Positions 1-8,761 of a stretch of 59,679 nucleotides of DNA are shown piece by piece. The translations under genes and the position numbers were made by a program. The first letter of the stretch is position 1. Every line of letters starts with the position of its first letter. The notes beneath the pieces were generated by a model, which had not been told where the DNA came from, did not search any database, and saw only the letters and a list, made by a program, of their open reading frames with translations. The stretch comes from Acidobacteriota bacterium (GTDB taxonomy: Bacteria; Acidobacteriota; Vicinamibacteria; Vicinamibacterales; JAFNAJ01), in NCBI GenBank assembly GCA_016789685.1, contig JAEUQQ010000755.1, positions 1 to 59,679 of the forward strand, given 5' to 3'.

Positions 1-86
1 TCCGGGCGTGTGCAGGCCTGGCGAGGGTATCCTCACCACCGGCCGACCCGGGTCGGGTCGTCTCCTGCCGCGGAGTCCGCAACGCC

Positions 87-2279
87 ATGGATGCACTGTC
101 ACGGCGACGTTTCCTCAAGATCTCGAGCGCCACGCTCGGCGTAGCGGCCTCCGGAGGCGCCCTCGCCTCGGCCGCACGCGCCGTGACGGGCGCAGGGGCA
201 GCGACCGGCCTGCGCACCGTGGCGACGACGTGCGACATCTGCTTCTGGAAGTGCGGCGCCATCGCCTCGGTACGTGACGGCCGGCTCTGGAAGATCGAGG
301 GCAATCCCCTGGATCCGCTCAGCCGCGGCCGCCTCTGCCCGCGCGGCACGGGAGGCGTCGGCGCCCACTTCGACACCGATCGCCTGCGCACGCCGCTCAT
401 CCGCCGCAAGGGGCGCGGCGGCGACGAGTGGGCCTCGGTCACGTGGGACGAGGCCTTCACCTACATCGCCGACAAGCTGCAGGGCATCAAGGCGCAGCAC
501 GGCCCCGAAGCCGTGGCGATGTTCTCGCACGGCATCGGCGGCAACTTCCTCAAGCACACCCTCAAGGCCTACGGCACGCCGAACTTCGCCGCGCCCTCGT
601 TCGCGCAGTGCCGCGGGCCGCGCGACGTCGGCTTCACGCTCACCTTCGGCGAGGGCGTCAGTTCGCCAGAGCGCACCGACATCCTCAACACGAAGTGCCT
701 CGTGCTGCTCGGCTCGCACCTCGGCGAGAACATGCACAACTCGCAGGTGCAGGAGTTTGCCGAGGCCGTCGGCAACGGCGCCACCGTCATCGTCGTCGAT
801 CCGCGGTTCTCGATCGCCGCGGGCAAGGCGACGCACTACCTGCCGATCCGGCCCGGTACCGACACGGCCCTGCTGCTTGCGTGGATGCACGTCATCGTCA
901 CCGAGAAGCTCTACGACCGCGAGTACGTCGAGCAGTTCGGCTTCGGCTTCGAGAACTTCGCCGCCGAGATCGCGTACGCGACCCCGGAGTGGGCGTACCC
1001 GGAGACCGGCATCGAGCCCGACGTGATCCGCGAAACCGCGCGCGAGATGGCGCGGCACCGGCCGGCGACGCTCGTGCATCCGGGGCGGCACGCCACGTGG
1101 TACGGCAACGATGCCCAGCGCAGCCGCGCGATTGCGCTGCTCAACGCGCTGCTCGGCAGCTGGGGACGCAAGGGCGGGTTCTACACGCCGGCCAGCATGG
1201 ACGTCCCCGGCTACCCGTACCCGCCGTATCCCGTGCCCGCGCGCGGCAAGGTCGACAATCCCGACCACAAGTACCCGTTCGCGATCGAGGCGATCACCAC
1301 GGGCATCCGCGAGGCGACGATCACCGGCGCGCCCTACCCGGTCAAGGGCTGGTTCGTATATGCGACCAACCTGATGCAGGCGCTGCCGAACGAGGCCGAG
1401 ACGATCAGGGCCATCCAGGCCCTCGACCTCATGGTCGTCATCGACGTCGTGCCGAGCGAGATCGCCGGCTGGGCCGACGTGGTGCTGCCGGAATCGACCT
1501 ATCTCGAGCGTCACGACGACCTGAATGTCGAGTGGTTCCGCGAACCGTTCGTGGCCCTGCGCCAGCCTGTCGTCGAGGCCCCGCACGATCAGAAGCCCAA
1601 CTGGTGGATCGCGCGCGAGCTGGCCGTGAAGCTCGGCCTCGGGGCGTTCTATCCGTGGAAGACGATCGAGGAGTACTTCGAGGCACGCCTGACGAAGGCC
1701 GGCCTCAGCTACGAGACGCTGAAGCAGCAGGGCATCCTCCGCGGCGCACAGCCACCGATCTTCTTCGAAGACGGCGTCGCCCCGGTGTTCCCGACACCGT
1801 CGGGAAAGATCGAGTTCTACTCGCTGCAGCTGCAGGAGAAGGGCTTCGACCCCGTGCCACGCTACACCCCGACGCCGCAGCCGCCGCCGGGCGCGTTCCG
1901 GATGCTCTTCGGGCGTGCGCCCGTGCACTCGTTCAGCCGCACGCAGACCAACCCCATCCTCGCCGAGATGATGGACGAGAACGTCGTGTGGCTGAATGCC
2001 GACCAGGCGCGGCGCTACGGGCTCGCCACCGGCGACCGCATCCGCCTGCGCAACCAGGACGGCGTGGTGAGCCGCCCCGTCGCGGTGCTCGCGACCGAGC
2101 GCATCAGGCCCGACTGCATCTACATGGTCCACGGCTTCGGCCACAGCGCGGTCAGGATGCGCCGCGCGTACGGCAAGGGGGCGAGCGATGCCGAGCTCGT
2201 CACGAAGTACGCCGTCGATCCGCTCATGGGGGGGACCGGCATGCACGTCAACTTCGTCACCATCGAGCGGGAGTCGTAG
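87..2279 (+). CDS. Tat-exported molybdopterin (bis-MGD) oxidoreductase catalytic subunit, polysulfide/thiosulfate/tetrathionate-reductase-like (PsrA/PhsA family)
   Basis: 730-aa ORF. It has a twin-arginine signal (SRRRFLKISSATLGVAA) and an N-terminal Cys cluster (CDICFWKCG...CPRG) typical of Mo-bisPGD enzymes. It is followed directly by 4Fe-4S and NrfD-type subunit genes. Confidence 0.85.
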   Translation: MDALSRRRFLKISSATLGVAASGGALASAARAVTGAGAATGLRTVATTCDICFWKCGAIASVRDGRLWKIEGNPLDPLSRGRLCPRGTGGVGAHFDTDRLRTPLIRRKGRGGDEWASVTWDEAFTYIADKLQGIKAQHGPEAVAMFSHGIGGNFLKHTLKAYGTPNFAAPSFAQCRGPRDVGFTLTFGEGVSSPERTDILNTKCLVLLGSHLGENMHNSQVQEFAEAVGNGATVIVVDPRFSIAAGKATHYLPIRPGTDTALLLAWMHVIVTEKLYDREYVEQFGFGFENFAAEIAYATPEWAYPETGIEPDVIRETAREMARHRPATLVHPGRHATWYGNDAQRSRAIALLNALLGSWGRKGGFYTPASMDVPGYPYPPYPVPARGKVDNPDHKYPFAIEAITTGIREATITGAPYPVKGWFVYATNLMQALPNEAETIRAIQALDLMVVIDVVPSEIAGWADVVLPESTYLERHDDLNVEWFREPFVALRQPVVEAPHDQKPNWWIARELAVKLGLGAFYPWKTIEEYFEARLTKAGLSYETLKQQGILRGAQPPIFFEDGVAPVFPTPSGKIEFYSLQLQEKGFDPVPRYTPTPQPPPGAFRMLFGRAPVHSFSRTQTNPILAEMMDENVVWLNADQARRYGLATGDRIRLRNQDGVVSRPVAVLATERIRPDCIYMVHGFGHSAVRMRRAYGKGASDAELVTKYAVDPLMGGTGMHVNFVTIERES

Positions 2280-2281
2280 TC

Positions 2282-2821
2282 ATGGCCCGCTACGGCATGG
2301 TGATCGACACGGTGCGGTGCGTCGGCTGCATGGACTGCGTCGTCGCGTGCAAGACCGAGAACCAGGTCCCCGAGGGGTTCGGGCGCGACTGGATCGCGTA
2401 CGAGACGCGCGGGGCGTTCCCGACCGTCTCGATGGAGATCCGGTCGGAGCGCTGCAACCACTGCGACGACGCGCCGTGCGTGTCGTGCTGCCCGACGGGC
2501 GCGAGTCACGTGGATCCGTTCGGGCAGATCGTGATGGTGACCCACGACGTCTGCATCGGCTGCAAGGCCTGCGTCGCGTCGTGCCCGTACGACGCGCGGT
2601 TCGTGCACCCGGAGGGCTACGTCGACAAGTGCACCTTCTGCATCCATCGCGTGAAGGAGGGCAAGGATCCCGCGTGCGTGTCGGTCTGCCCGACGCACTG
2701 CATGCACTTCGGCGATTTCGACGACCCCAACAGCCGGGTGAGCCGGCTCCTCGCGTCGCGGCGCAACCATCCCCTGAAGGCGGAGGCCGGCACCAGGCCC
2801 CGCATCTACTACCTGGTCTGA
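2282..2821 (+). CDS. 4Fe-4S ferredoxin-type electron-transfer subunit (PsrB/NrfC-like)
   Basis: ATG at 2282, 3 nt after the upstream stop. Several CxxCxxCxxxCP motifs are present (CVGCMDCVVAC, CNHCDDAPCVSCCP, CIGCKACVASCP). This is the in-frame 3' part of track ORF 428..2821. Confidence 0.85.
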   Translation: MARYGMVIDTVRCVGCMDCVVACKTENQVPEGFGRDWIAYETRGAFPTVSMEIRSERCNHCDDAPCVSCCPTGASHVDPFGQIVMVTHDVCIGCKACVASCPYDARFVHPEGYVDKCTFCIHRVKEGKDPACVSVCPTHCMHFGDFDDPNSRVSRLLASRRNHPLKAEAGTRPRIYYLV

Positions 2822-2830
2822 GGTGGGCAC

Positions 2831-3796
2831 ATGCGGGAACTGATCCTCACTCGGCAGAACCACCTCGTGGATCCCACGCTGCACGTCTGGGCGTGGCAGA
2901 TCCCGATCTACCTGTTCCTCGGCGGCCTGGTGGCCGGGATGATGGTGCTTTCGGGCCTGTTCCTCTGGCAGGGCCGGCACCAGGAGCGGCCGTTCACGTC
3001 GTCGGTGGCTCCGCTGATCGGCCTCGTGTTCCTCAGCCTCGGCATGTTCGCGCTCTTCCTCGATCTCGAACACAAGCGCTACACCTGGCGGCTCTACACC
3101 ACGTTCCAGCCCACGTCGCCGATGTCGTGGGGCGCCTGGATCCTCCTCGTCGTGTACCCGGCGCTCGTCGCGGCGGCGTTCGTGCATCCGCCGAAGCTGC
3201 TGCGCGACCTGGTACCGGGCGTCATGCAGTACACGCGGGCCATCGAGGCGCGCACCGGCGCGCGCCGGATGATCGGCGCGCTCAACATCGGCCTCGGCGC
3301 CGCACTCGGCATCTACACCGGCATCCTGCTCTCGGCGCTCGGCGCCCGCCCGCTCTGGAACAGCGCGATCCTCGGGCCGCTGTTCCTGCTGTCGGGGCTG
3401 TCGTCGGCGGCGGCCTTCATCCACCTCGTCGCCCGTCACGTCGACGAGCGCGAAGGCCTCGCGCGCGCCGACAACCTGTTCCTCGTGCTCGAACTGGCGG
3501 CGATCGTCATGTTCGTGATTGGCCTGGCGAACGCCACCGAGGCGCACCGGCAGGCGGCGGCCCTCCTGCTCGGCGGCAGCTACACCGCCCTGTTCTGGGT
3601 CGGCGTCGTCGGCCTCGGCGTCGTGATCCCGCTCGTCATCCAGTTGCTCGCGGTGAATCACCGCGTGCAGCATTCGCCCGTCGCGCCGCTGATGGTGCTC
3701 GGCGGCGGGCTCGTGCTGCGGTTCGTCATCGTGTCAGCCGGTCAGGAAAGCCGCTGGGCGGCGTTGCTGGCCGACCTCGTCAACGCACTCGCCTGA
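2831..3796 (+). CDS. NrfD/PsrC-like integral membrane quinol-interacting subunit
   Basis: 321-aa multi-TM protein placed third after the Mo and FeS subunits. A GAGGTGG Shine-Dalgarno sequence lies just upstream of the ATG. Confidence 0.8.
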   Translation: MRELILTRQNHLVDPTLHVWAWQIPIYLFLGGLVAGMMVLSGLFLWQGRHQERPFTSSVAPLIGLVFLSLGMFALFLDLEHKRYTWRLYTTFQPTSPMSWGAWILLVVYPALVAAAFVHPPKLLRDLVPGVMQYTRAIEARTGARRMIGALNIGLGAALGIYTGILLSALGARPLWNSAILGPLFLLSGLSSAAAFIHLVARHVDEREGLARADNLFLVLELAAIVMFVIGLANATEAHRQAAALLLGGSYTALFWVGVVGLGVVIPLVIQLLAVNHRVQHSPVAPLMVLGGGLVLRFVIVSAGQESRWAALLADLVNALA

Positions 3797-3810
3797 AGGA
3801 CGCCCGCTCC

Positions 3811-4401
3811 ATGGCCACGACGACCACACAACCACTGGCTCCGGCGCTGGTCGAGCCCCACGCCGACGCGCATGCGCACCGCCACGCGCCCCCGGCGGCC
3901 TACATGAACCCGTACCTCGCGGGCATCGGGCTCGGCCTCGTGCTCCTGGCGGCCTTCGTGGTGATGGGGCGCGGGCTCGGCGCGTCGGGCGCGATCAATG
4001 CGTTCGTGGCCTGGAGCCTCAACCTCGTCGCCCCTGAGCACGTGCGATCGCGCGAGTTCCTCGCCGAGTACATCGGCGACGGCAGCGCGCACCCCCTCAA
4101 GGCGTGGCTCGTCTTCGAGGTGCTCGGGGTGTTTGCGGGCGCGCTGATCTCGGGGCTGCTTGCACGGCGCGTGCTCGTGAGCGTCGAGCGCGGCCCGCGC
4201 GCGTCGGTGGCACTGCGGCTCGGCCTCGCGTTCGCCGGCGGCGCGACGATGGCGTTCGGGGCGGCCCTCGGGCGCGGCTGCACGAGCGGCCAGGCGCTGA
4301 CGGGTGGCGCGCTGCTCAATGCCGGCAGCTGGGCGTTCATGATGTGTGTCTTCGGCGGGGCGTACGCCACCGCCTGGTTCGTGCGGAGGCAGTGGCGGTA
4401 G
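3811..4401 (+). CDS. YeeE/YedE family sulfur-compound transporter, half 1
   Basis: ATG at 3811, in frame with the 3' part of track ORF 2188..4401. It is hydrophobic and carries the conserved GRGCTSGQ motif of the YeeE/YedE (Sulf_transp) family. Confidence 0.75.
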   Translation: MATTTTQPLAPALVEPHADAHAHRHAPPAAYMNPYLAGIGLGLVLLAAFVVMGRGLGASGAINAFVAWSLNLVAPEHVRSREFLAEYIGDGSAHPLKAWLVFEVLGVFAGALISGLLARRVLVSVERGPRASVALRLGLAFAGGATMAFGAALGRGCTSGQALTGGALLNAGSWAFMMCVFGGAYATAWFVRRQWR

Positions 4402-4455
4402 CAGCGGCCGGCCGCGTCGATGCGGCCGTCGTCCTGCACCTCACGGTGAAACGAC

Positions 4456-5052
4456 ATGACTCCACTGGCCAAGTACGGCGCGTTCGGCGACGAGATGGGC
4501 CTCGTGATGGCCTTCATCATCGGCATCGGGTTCGGCTTCTTCCTCGAGCGCGCCGGGTTCGGCAGCGCAAAGAAGCTCGTCTCGCAGTTCTACCTGGACG
4601 ACCTCGCGGTCTTCAAGGTGATGTTCACCGCCATCGTCACGGCCATGCTCGGCGTGACGTACCTGGCATGGATGGGCGTCCTCGACCTGTCGCTCGTGTA
4701 CATGACGCCGACGTGGCTCTGGCCGCAGATCGTCGGCGGCCTGGTGCTCGGCGTCGGCTTCGCGATCGGCGGCTACTGCCCGGGCACGTCGGTGGCCGCA
4801 ACGGCCACAGGGCGCATCGACGGCCTCGTCTACGTGCTCGGACTCGTGTTCGGCACGGTCGTGTTCGCCGAAGCGTTCCCGCTGCTGAAGGGCTTCTTCT
4901 ACAGCGGCAGTTACGGCCAGCAGACCCTGCCGGGCGTGTTGGGGCTGTCGTATGGCGTGGTCGTCTTCGCCGTCGTGCTCATGGCCATCGGCGGCTTCGC
5001 GGGCGCGGGCTGGCTCGAGAAGCGATTCGCGCGGCCGGCCAGCCAGCAGTAG
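4456..5052 (+). CDS. YeeE/YedE family sulfur-compound transporter, half 2
   Basis: 198-aa multi-TM ORF with a GGYCPGTS motif. It pairs with the upstream half as in split YeeE systems. Confidence 0.75.
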   Translation: MTPLAKYGAFGDEMGLVMAFIIGIGFGFFLERAGFGSAKKLVSQFYLDDLAVFKVMFTAIVTAMLGVTYLAWMGVLDLSLVYMTPTWLWPQIVGGLVLGVGFAIGGYCPGTSVAATATGRIDGLVYVLGLVFGTVVFAEAFPLLKGFFYSGSYGQQTLPGVLGLSYGVVVFAVVLMAIGGFAGAGWLEKRFARPASQQ

Positions 5053-5142
5053 CCGCACACCGCAGGCCCGGCGACGCGGGACGTTGCGCCCCGCGGGCGA
5101 CGGCGCGGCACGGACACACGGTTCGAACCACCGGAGATCACC

Positions 5143-5799
5143 ATGCCCGGGTTCTTCTCGACGCTGACCCTCAACCAGAAACTCGCGGCCGCCGCGGCCG
5201 CGCTCGGTGCGATCGCGATCTTCGCGAACCCCCTGCCGGGCGGCGCGGTCTCGATCGATGCGCGCACGCTGGCCGACATCGTCGAGCGCGATGCCGATCG
5301 GATCGAGCCGCTCGAACTCGCCGACTGGATCATCCAGGGACGCTCCGACTTCAGGCTGATCGACGTCCGTGACGCCGGGGCATACGCGAAGTACCACGTC
5401 CCCGGCGCGGAACACGTGCCCTTCAGTTCGCTCACCGACGCGGCGTTGCCGCGCAACGAGAAGCTCGTGGTGTATGCCGACGACGGCGTGCGCGCCGCGC
5501 AGGCCTGGTTCCTGCTGCGGGCCCGCGGCCACGCCGGCGCCTACCTGCTCCGCGACGGGCTCGACGGCTGGCAGCAGGAGGTGCTGTTCCCGGCACTCGG
5601 CGATGCCACGACACCGTTCCAGCAGCAGCGCAACGCGCGTTTGTCGAACGTGGCCAGCCATTTCGGCGGCCGTCCACGTTCGGGCGACGCCGGCGCCGCA
5701 CCCGCGGTGGCCGCGATGGCGCTGCCCACGCCGCCTGCACCGGTGGCTGGCGCGGGCGTTCCCGCGGGCGGCGCAAAGAAGAAGAAGGAAGGCTGCTGA
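5143..5799 (+). CDS. Membrane-anchored rhodanese-homology-domain protein lacking the catalytic Cys, with a Cys as the last residue
   Basis: The N-terminal hydrophobic segment is LAAAAAALGAIAIFA. The rhodanese fold signature runs RLIDVRD...YAKYHVPGAEHVP...LVVYADDGVRAAQAW...DGLDGW. The canonical active-site position reads A/D instead of C. A GGAGA Shine-Dalgarno sequence lies upstream. Confidence 0.7.
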   Translation: MPGFFSTLTLNQKLAAAAAALGAIAIFANPLPGGAVSIDARTLADIVERDADRIEPLELADWIIQGRSDFRLIDVRDAGAYAKYHVPGAEHVPFSSLTDAALPRNEKLVVYADDGVRAAQAWFLLRARGHAGAYLLRDGLDGWQQEVLFPALGDATTPFQQQRNARLSNVASHFGGRPRSGDAGAAPAVAAMALPTPPAPVAGAGVPAGGAKKKKEGC

Positions 5800-5842
5800 G
5801 ACTGCCGGCTCGGCGGCACGGGCGTCGAGGCCGTACGCAAGA

Positions 5843-5869
5843 ACGCCGACGGGCACCTGCCGTCGGCGT
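5843..5869 (+). terminator. Possible stem-loop after the rhodanese gene
   Basis: Perfect 10-bp stem (ACGCCGACGG / CCGTCGGCGT) with a 7-nt loop, 44 nt after the stop codon. There is no U-tract, so function is uncertain. Confidence 0.3.
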
Positions 5870-6348
5870 CGTGGCTGACCCTGAGGGGGTCAACGAAGTT
5901 CCGGGGCCCGCCGCTGCATCCTCGGTTGCCGGCCCCCATTCGGCAATCCGCGAACGCGCACGGCGGGCGTCCGGCGAACGGCAGACACCATTACAAAGGT
6001 GATGCCAACTCCAGCACGCCCACGAAACCACATTTTCAGGCCTGTTCTTGCGCGAAGGCGCCGATGGCGGGGCAATTCGCCACATCGCGCCCCCCTGTGC
6101 GCAGTTTTGCCACGGCTGTGCTCTTTCGCGACACACTCACGGCCGGCTGCAGGCGGTCGAGTTCTGCTCTGCCCCCCACTGCCCTGCGCGGTCGCGGTTC
6201 CGACGCGTCGATGTGGCCGCCGAGGCGCCGCGTCTGGCCACGCGGCGATCCCTCGAAGGCGCATTTGCGACATAGGAGTCTCCCGGCCACGGCCATGACA
6301 CGCGGCGCTGGCGGCGCCAAGGCTGCCCGTTGCTAAGCTCGCTGCCCT

Positions 6349-7383
6349 GTGAGCGATCTGCACGCGCGCTATTCACGCCAGGCCATGTTCGGCGGCATCG
6401 GCCCCGAGGGGCAGCGCCGCCTCGGCCAGGCCCATGTCGTCTGCCTCGGGTGCGGCGCCCTCGGCTCCGTGGCCGCCAACACGCTGGCCCGCGCCGGGAT
6501 CGGCCGCCTGACCATCGTCGACCGCGACGTCGTCGAGGAGAGCAACCTGCAACGGCAGGTGCTCTTCGACGAAGACGACGTCCGCGACGCCCTGCCGAAG
6601 GCGGTCGCCGCCGAACGGCGGCTCCGCCGCGTCAACTCGCAGATCGACGTCCGCGGCCTCGTCGCCGACGCCCATCACGCGAACATCGAGGCACTGATTG
6701 CCGGCGCCGACCTCGTGATCGACGGCGCCGACAACTTCGAGACCCGCTTCCTGCTCAACGATGCCTGCGTGAAACATGGCATCCCGTGGATCTACGGCGC
6801 CTGCATCGGCTCGTACGGGCTGTCGATGGTCGTGATTCCCGGCGAGACACCGTGCCTGCGCTGCGTGGTCGAGGGCGCGCCGCCGCCGGGCCTGACGCCG
6901 ACGTGCGACACGTCGGGTGTCATCGGGCCGGTCGTGAACATGATCGCGTCGATCCAGTGCGCCGAGGCGCTCAAGCTGCTGACCGGGCAGGCGCACCTCG
7001 TGAACCGCGACATGGTCACGGTCGACGTCTGGGACGCGCGCGTGCAGCGCATGAAGGTGCATGCCCTGCGTGATCTCGGCGCCTGCCCGTGCTGTTCGCA
7101 TCGTCGCTTCGAACACCTCGCCGCCGAACACGCCTCGCAGACGACGACGCTGTGCGGCCGCAACTCGGTGCAGATCTCGTTTCCCGACGACCACACCATC
7201 GACTTCGACGCGGTGTCGGCGCGGCTCGCGGCCGTCGGTCGCGTCCAGCGCAACGCCTTCCTCCTGCGCTGCGCGATCGACACCTACGACGTGACCGTCT
7301 TCCGCGACGGGCGCGCCATCGTCGAGGGCACCCGCGAGCCGTCGGTGGCACGCTCCGTCTACGCCAAGTACATCGGTATCTGA
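6349..7383 (+). CDS. ThiF/MoeB-family E1-like adenylyltransferase (long, Bacillus ThiF-like form)
   Basis: GTG start. The N-terminus YSRQAMFGGIGPEGQRRL is followed by a GCGALGS nucleotide-binding loop and DRDVVEESNLQRQ. Zn-type Cys pairs CLRC and CPCC are present. There is a C-terminal extension ending FRDGRAIVEGT...YAKYIGI. Confidence 0.85.
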   Translation: MSDLHARYSRQAMFGGIGPEGQRRLGQAHVVCLGCGALGSVAANTLARAGIGRLTIVDRDVVEESNLQRQVLFDEDDVRDALPKAVAAERRLRRVNSQIDVRGLVADAHHANIEALIAGADLVIDGADNFETRFLLNDACVKHGIPWIYGACIGSYGLSMVVIPGETPCLRCVVEGAPPPGLTPTCDTSGVIGPVVNMIASIQCAEALKLLTGQAHLVNRDMVTVDVWDARVQRMKVHALRDLGACPCCSHRRFEHLAAEHASQTTTLCGRNSVQISFPDDHTIDFDAVSARLAAVGRVQRNAFLLRCAIDTYDVTVFRDGRAIVEGTREPSVARSVYAKYIGI

Positions 7384-7414
7384 GCGCCACGCGCGCGCCA
7401 TACGGCAACCTCCC

Positions 7415-8596
7415 ATGACGTACCTCGACAACGCGGCCACCACATTTCCGAAGCCTCGCACCGTGCACGACGCCGCTTCGACGTTCATGCAGACGCTGGG
7501 CGCGAACCCGGGACGCGGCGGGCACCGCCTCGCCGCCGGCGCCAGCCGCATGGTGGAGGCCACGCGGCTCGCGCTGGCCAGGTTCGTCAACGCCGGCAGC
7601 ACGCCCGAGCGTGTCGTGTTTGCGCACAACGGCACCGATGCGCTCAACATGGCCATCAAGGGCCTCGTGCACGCCTGGCACCGTGATGGCCGCACGCACG
7701 TGGTGCCGCACGTGGTCACGAGCGTGCTCGAGCACAATTCGGTCTCGCGCCCGCTCGAGCAGCTCGCCGCAGATGGCGTCATCGCGCTCACCCGTGTCGA
7801 CTGCGATGCCGACGGCTACCTCTCGCCCGGGGTCGTGGCCGCGGCGATGACGCCCGCCACGCGACTCGTCGCGCTGACGCACTGCTCGAACGTGCTCGGC
7901 ACGGTGCAGCCGATCGCCGAAATCGGCGCGAAGGTCCGCGAACGCGGCGGCGATGCGGTGTTCCTGGTGGATGCCGCACAGACCATCGGCGTCGAACCCA
8001 TCGACGTCGAGGCCGCGCAGGTGGATGTGCTGGCGTTCCCCGGCCACAAGGCACTGATGGGATACCCCGGCACAGGTGGTCTCTACGTCGCCCCACGCGT
8101 CGAGTTGGCGCCGTGGCGCGAGGGCGGCACGGGCGGTGACTCGAAGCACCCCGTGCAACCCGGCGAGTACCCGCACCGCCTCGAAGGCGGCACGCACAAC
8201 ACGATCGGGATCGCGAGCCTGAAGGCCGGACTCGGGTTCATTGCCGCGACCGGGCTCGACGCGATCCGCCAGCACGAAACGCGGCTCGTGTCGCGGCTGC
8301 TCGATGGATTGGCCGCCGTGCCGGGCGTGACCATCCACGGGCCACGCACGGCGCAGCGCCGCGTCGCGACGGTGGCCTTCAGCGTGAAGGGCTACGCCTC
8401 GCAGGACGTCGGGGCCATCCTCGATACGTCATTCGACATCGCCGTGCGGCCAGGGCTCCACTGTGCGCCGTACTGCCACCAGGCCATCGGCACGTATCCG
8501 GACGGCGCCGTGCGGGCAAGCCTCGGGTATTTCACGACCGACGCCGACGTCGACGCCCTGGCAGACGCGATCGCCCAGGTGGCCGCGGCCTCCTAG
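7415..8596 (+). CDS. Class-V aminotransferase-fold cysteine desulfurase-like PLP enzyme
   Basis: The N-terminus is YLDNAATTFPKP. The PLP-lysine context is FPGHKALMG and the Cys loop is RPGLHCAPYCH. Confidence 0.85.
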   Translation: MTYLDNAATTFPKPRTVHDAASTFMQTLGANPGRGGHRLAAGASRMVEATRLALARFVNAGSTPERVVFAHNGTDALNMAIKGLVHAWHRDGRTHVVPHVVTSVLEHNSVSRPLEQLAADGVIALTRVDCDADGYLSPGVVAAAMTPATRLVALTHCSNVLGTVQPIAEIGAKVRERGGDAVFLVDAAQTIGVEPIDVEAAQVDVLAFPGHKALMGYPGTGGLYVAPRVELAPWREGGTGGDSKHPVQPGEYPHRLEGGTHNTIGIASLKAGLGFIAATGLDAIRQHETRLVSRLLDGLAAVPGVTIHGPRTAQRRVATVAFSVKGYASQDVGAILDTSFDIAVRPGLHCAPYCHQAIGTYPDGAVRASLGYFTTDADVDALADAIAQVAAAS

Positions 8597-8761
8597 GCCG
8601 GCGGGCGTGCGCACCGCCTGCCACCGCGCGCCTGGCCGCATGGCGCCGGCGATGCAGGTACACGGCCTCGGCCGCGCCTCGCGACCGTGACCGGTCTGAT
8701 ACGCTGGAGCGACAGCCGCGCCACCGGCGCGCTGTGCCACTGCCCTCGCTGAGGACGTCAC

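Noticed and set aside
99-3673. Long minus-strand ORFs (99..2246, 715 aa; 2120..3673, 517 aa) opposite the psr-like genes. Also the 5' parts of the plus-strand ORFs 428..2821 and 2188..4401.
   Set aside because: They are Arg/Ala/Gly/Pro-rich translations with no motifs. They are antisense or out of frame relative to genes with clear family signatures. This is the typical absence of stops in off-frames of very GC-rich DNA. Only the 3' in-frame segments (2282..2821, 3811..4401) are real genes.
5870-6348. A TPP (or Moco) riboswitch was expected upstream of the ThiF-like gene.
   Set aside because: I could not find the conserved TPP core (CUGAGA … ACCUGAUCUGGAUAAUGCCAGCG-like) by eye. Only an unrelated GACCCTGAGGGGGTC hairpin is present. 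A covariance-model scan is needed before claiming any riboswitch.
5890-6376. Several 75-157-aa ORFs on both strands inside the 5.8-6.35 kb gap (for example 5926..6336 and 5890..6363).
   Set aside because: They mutually overlap, are Arg/Pro/Ala-rich, and have no Shine-Dalgarno sequence or motif. The region is treated as non-coding.
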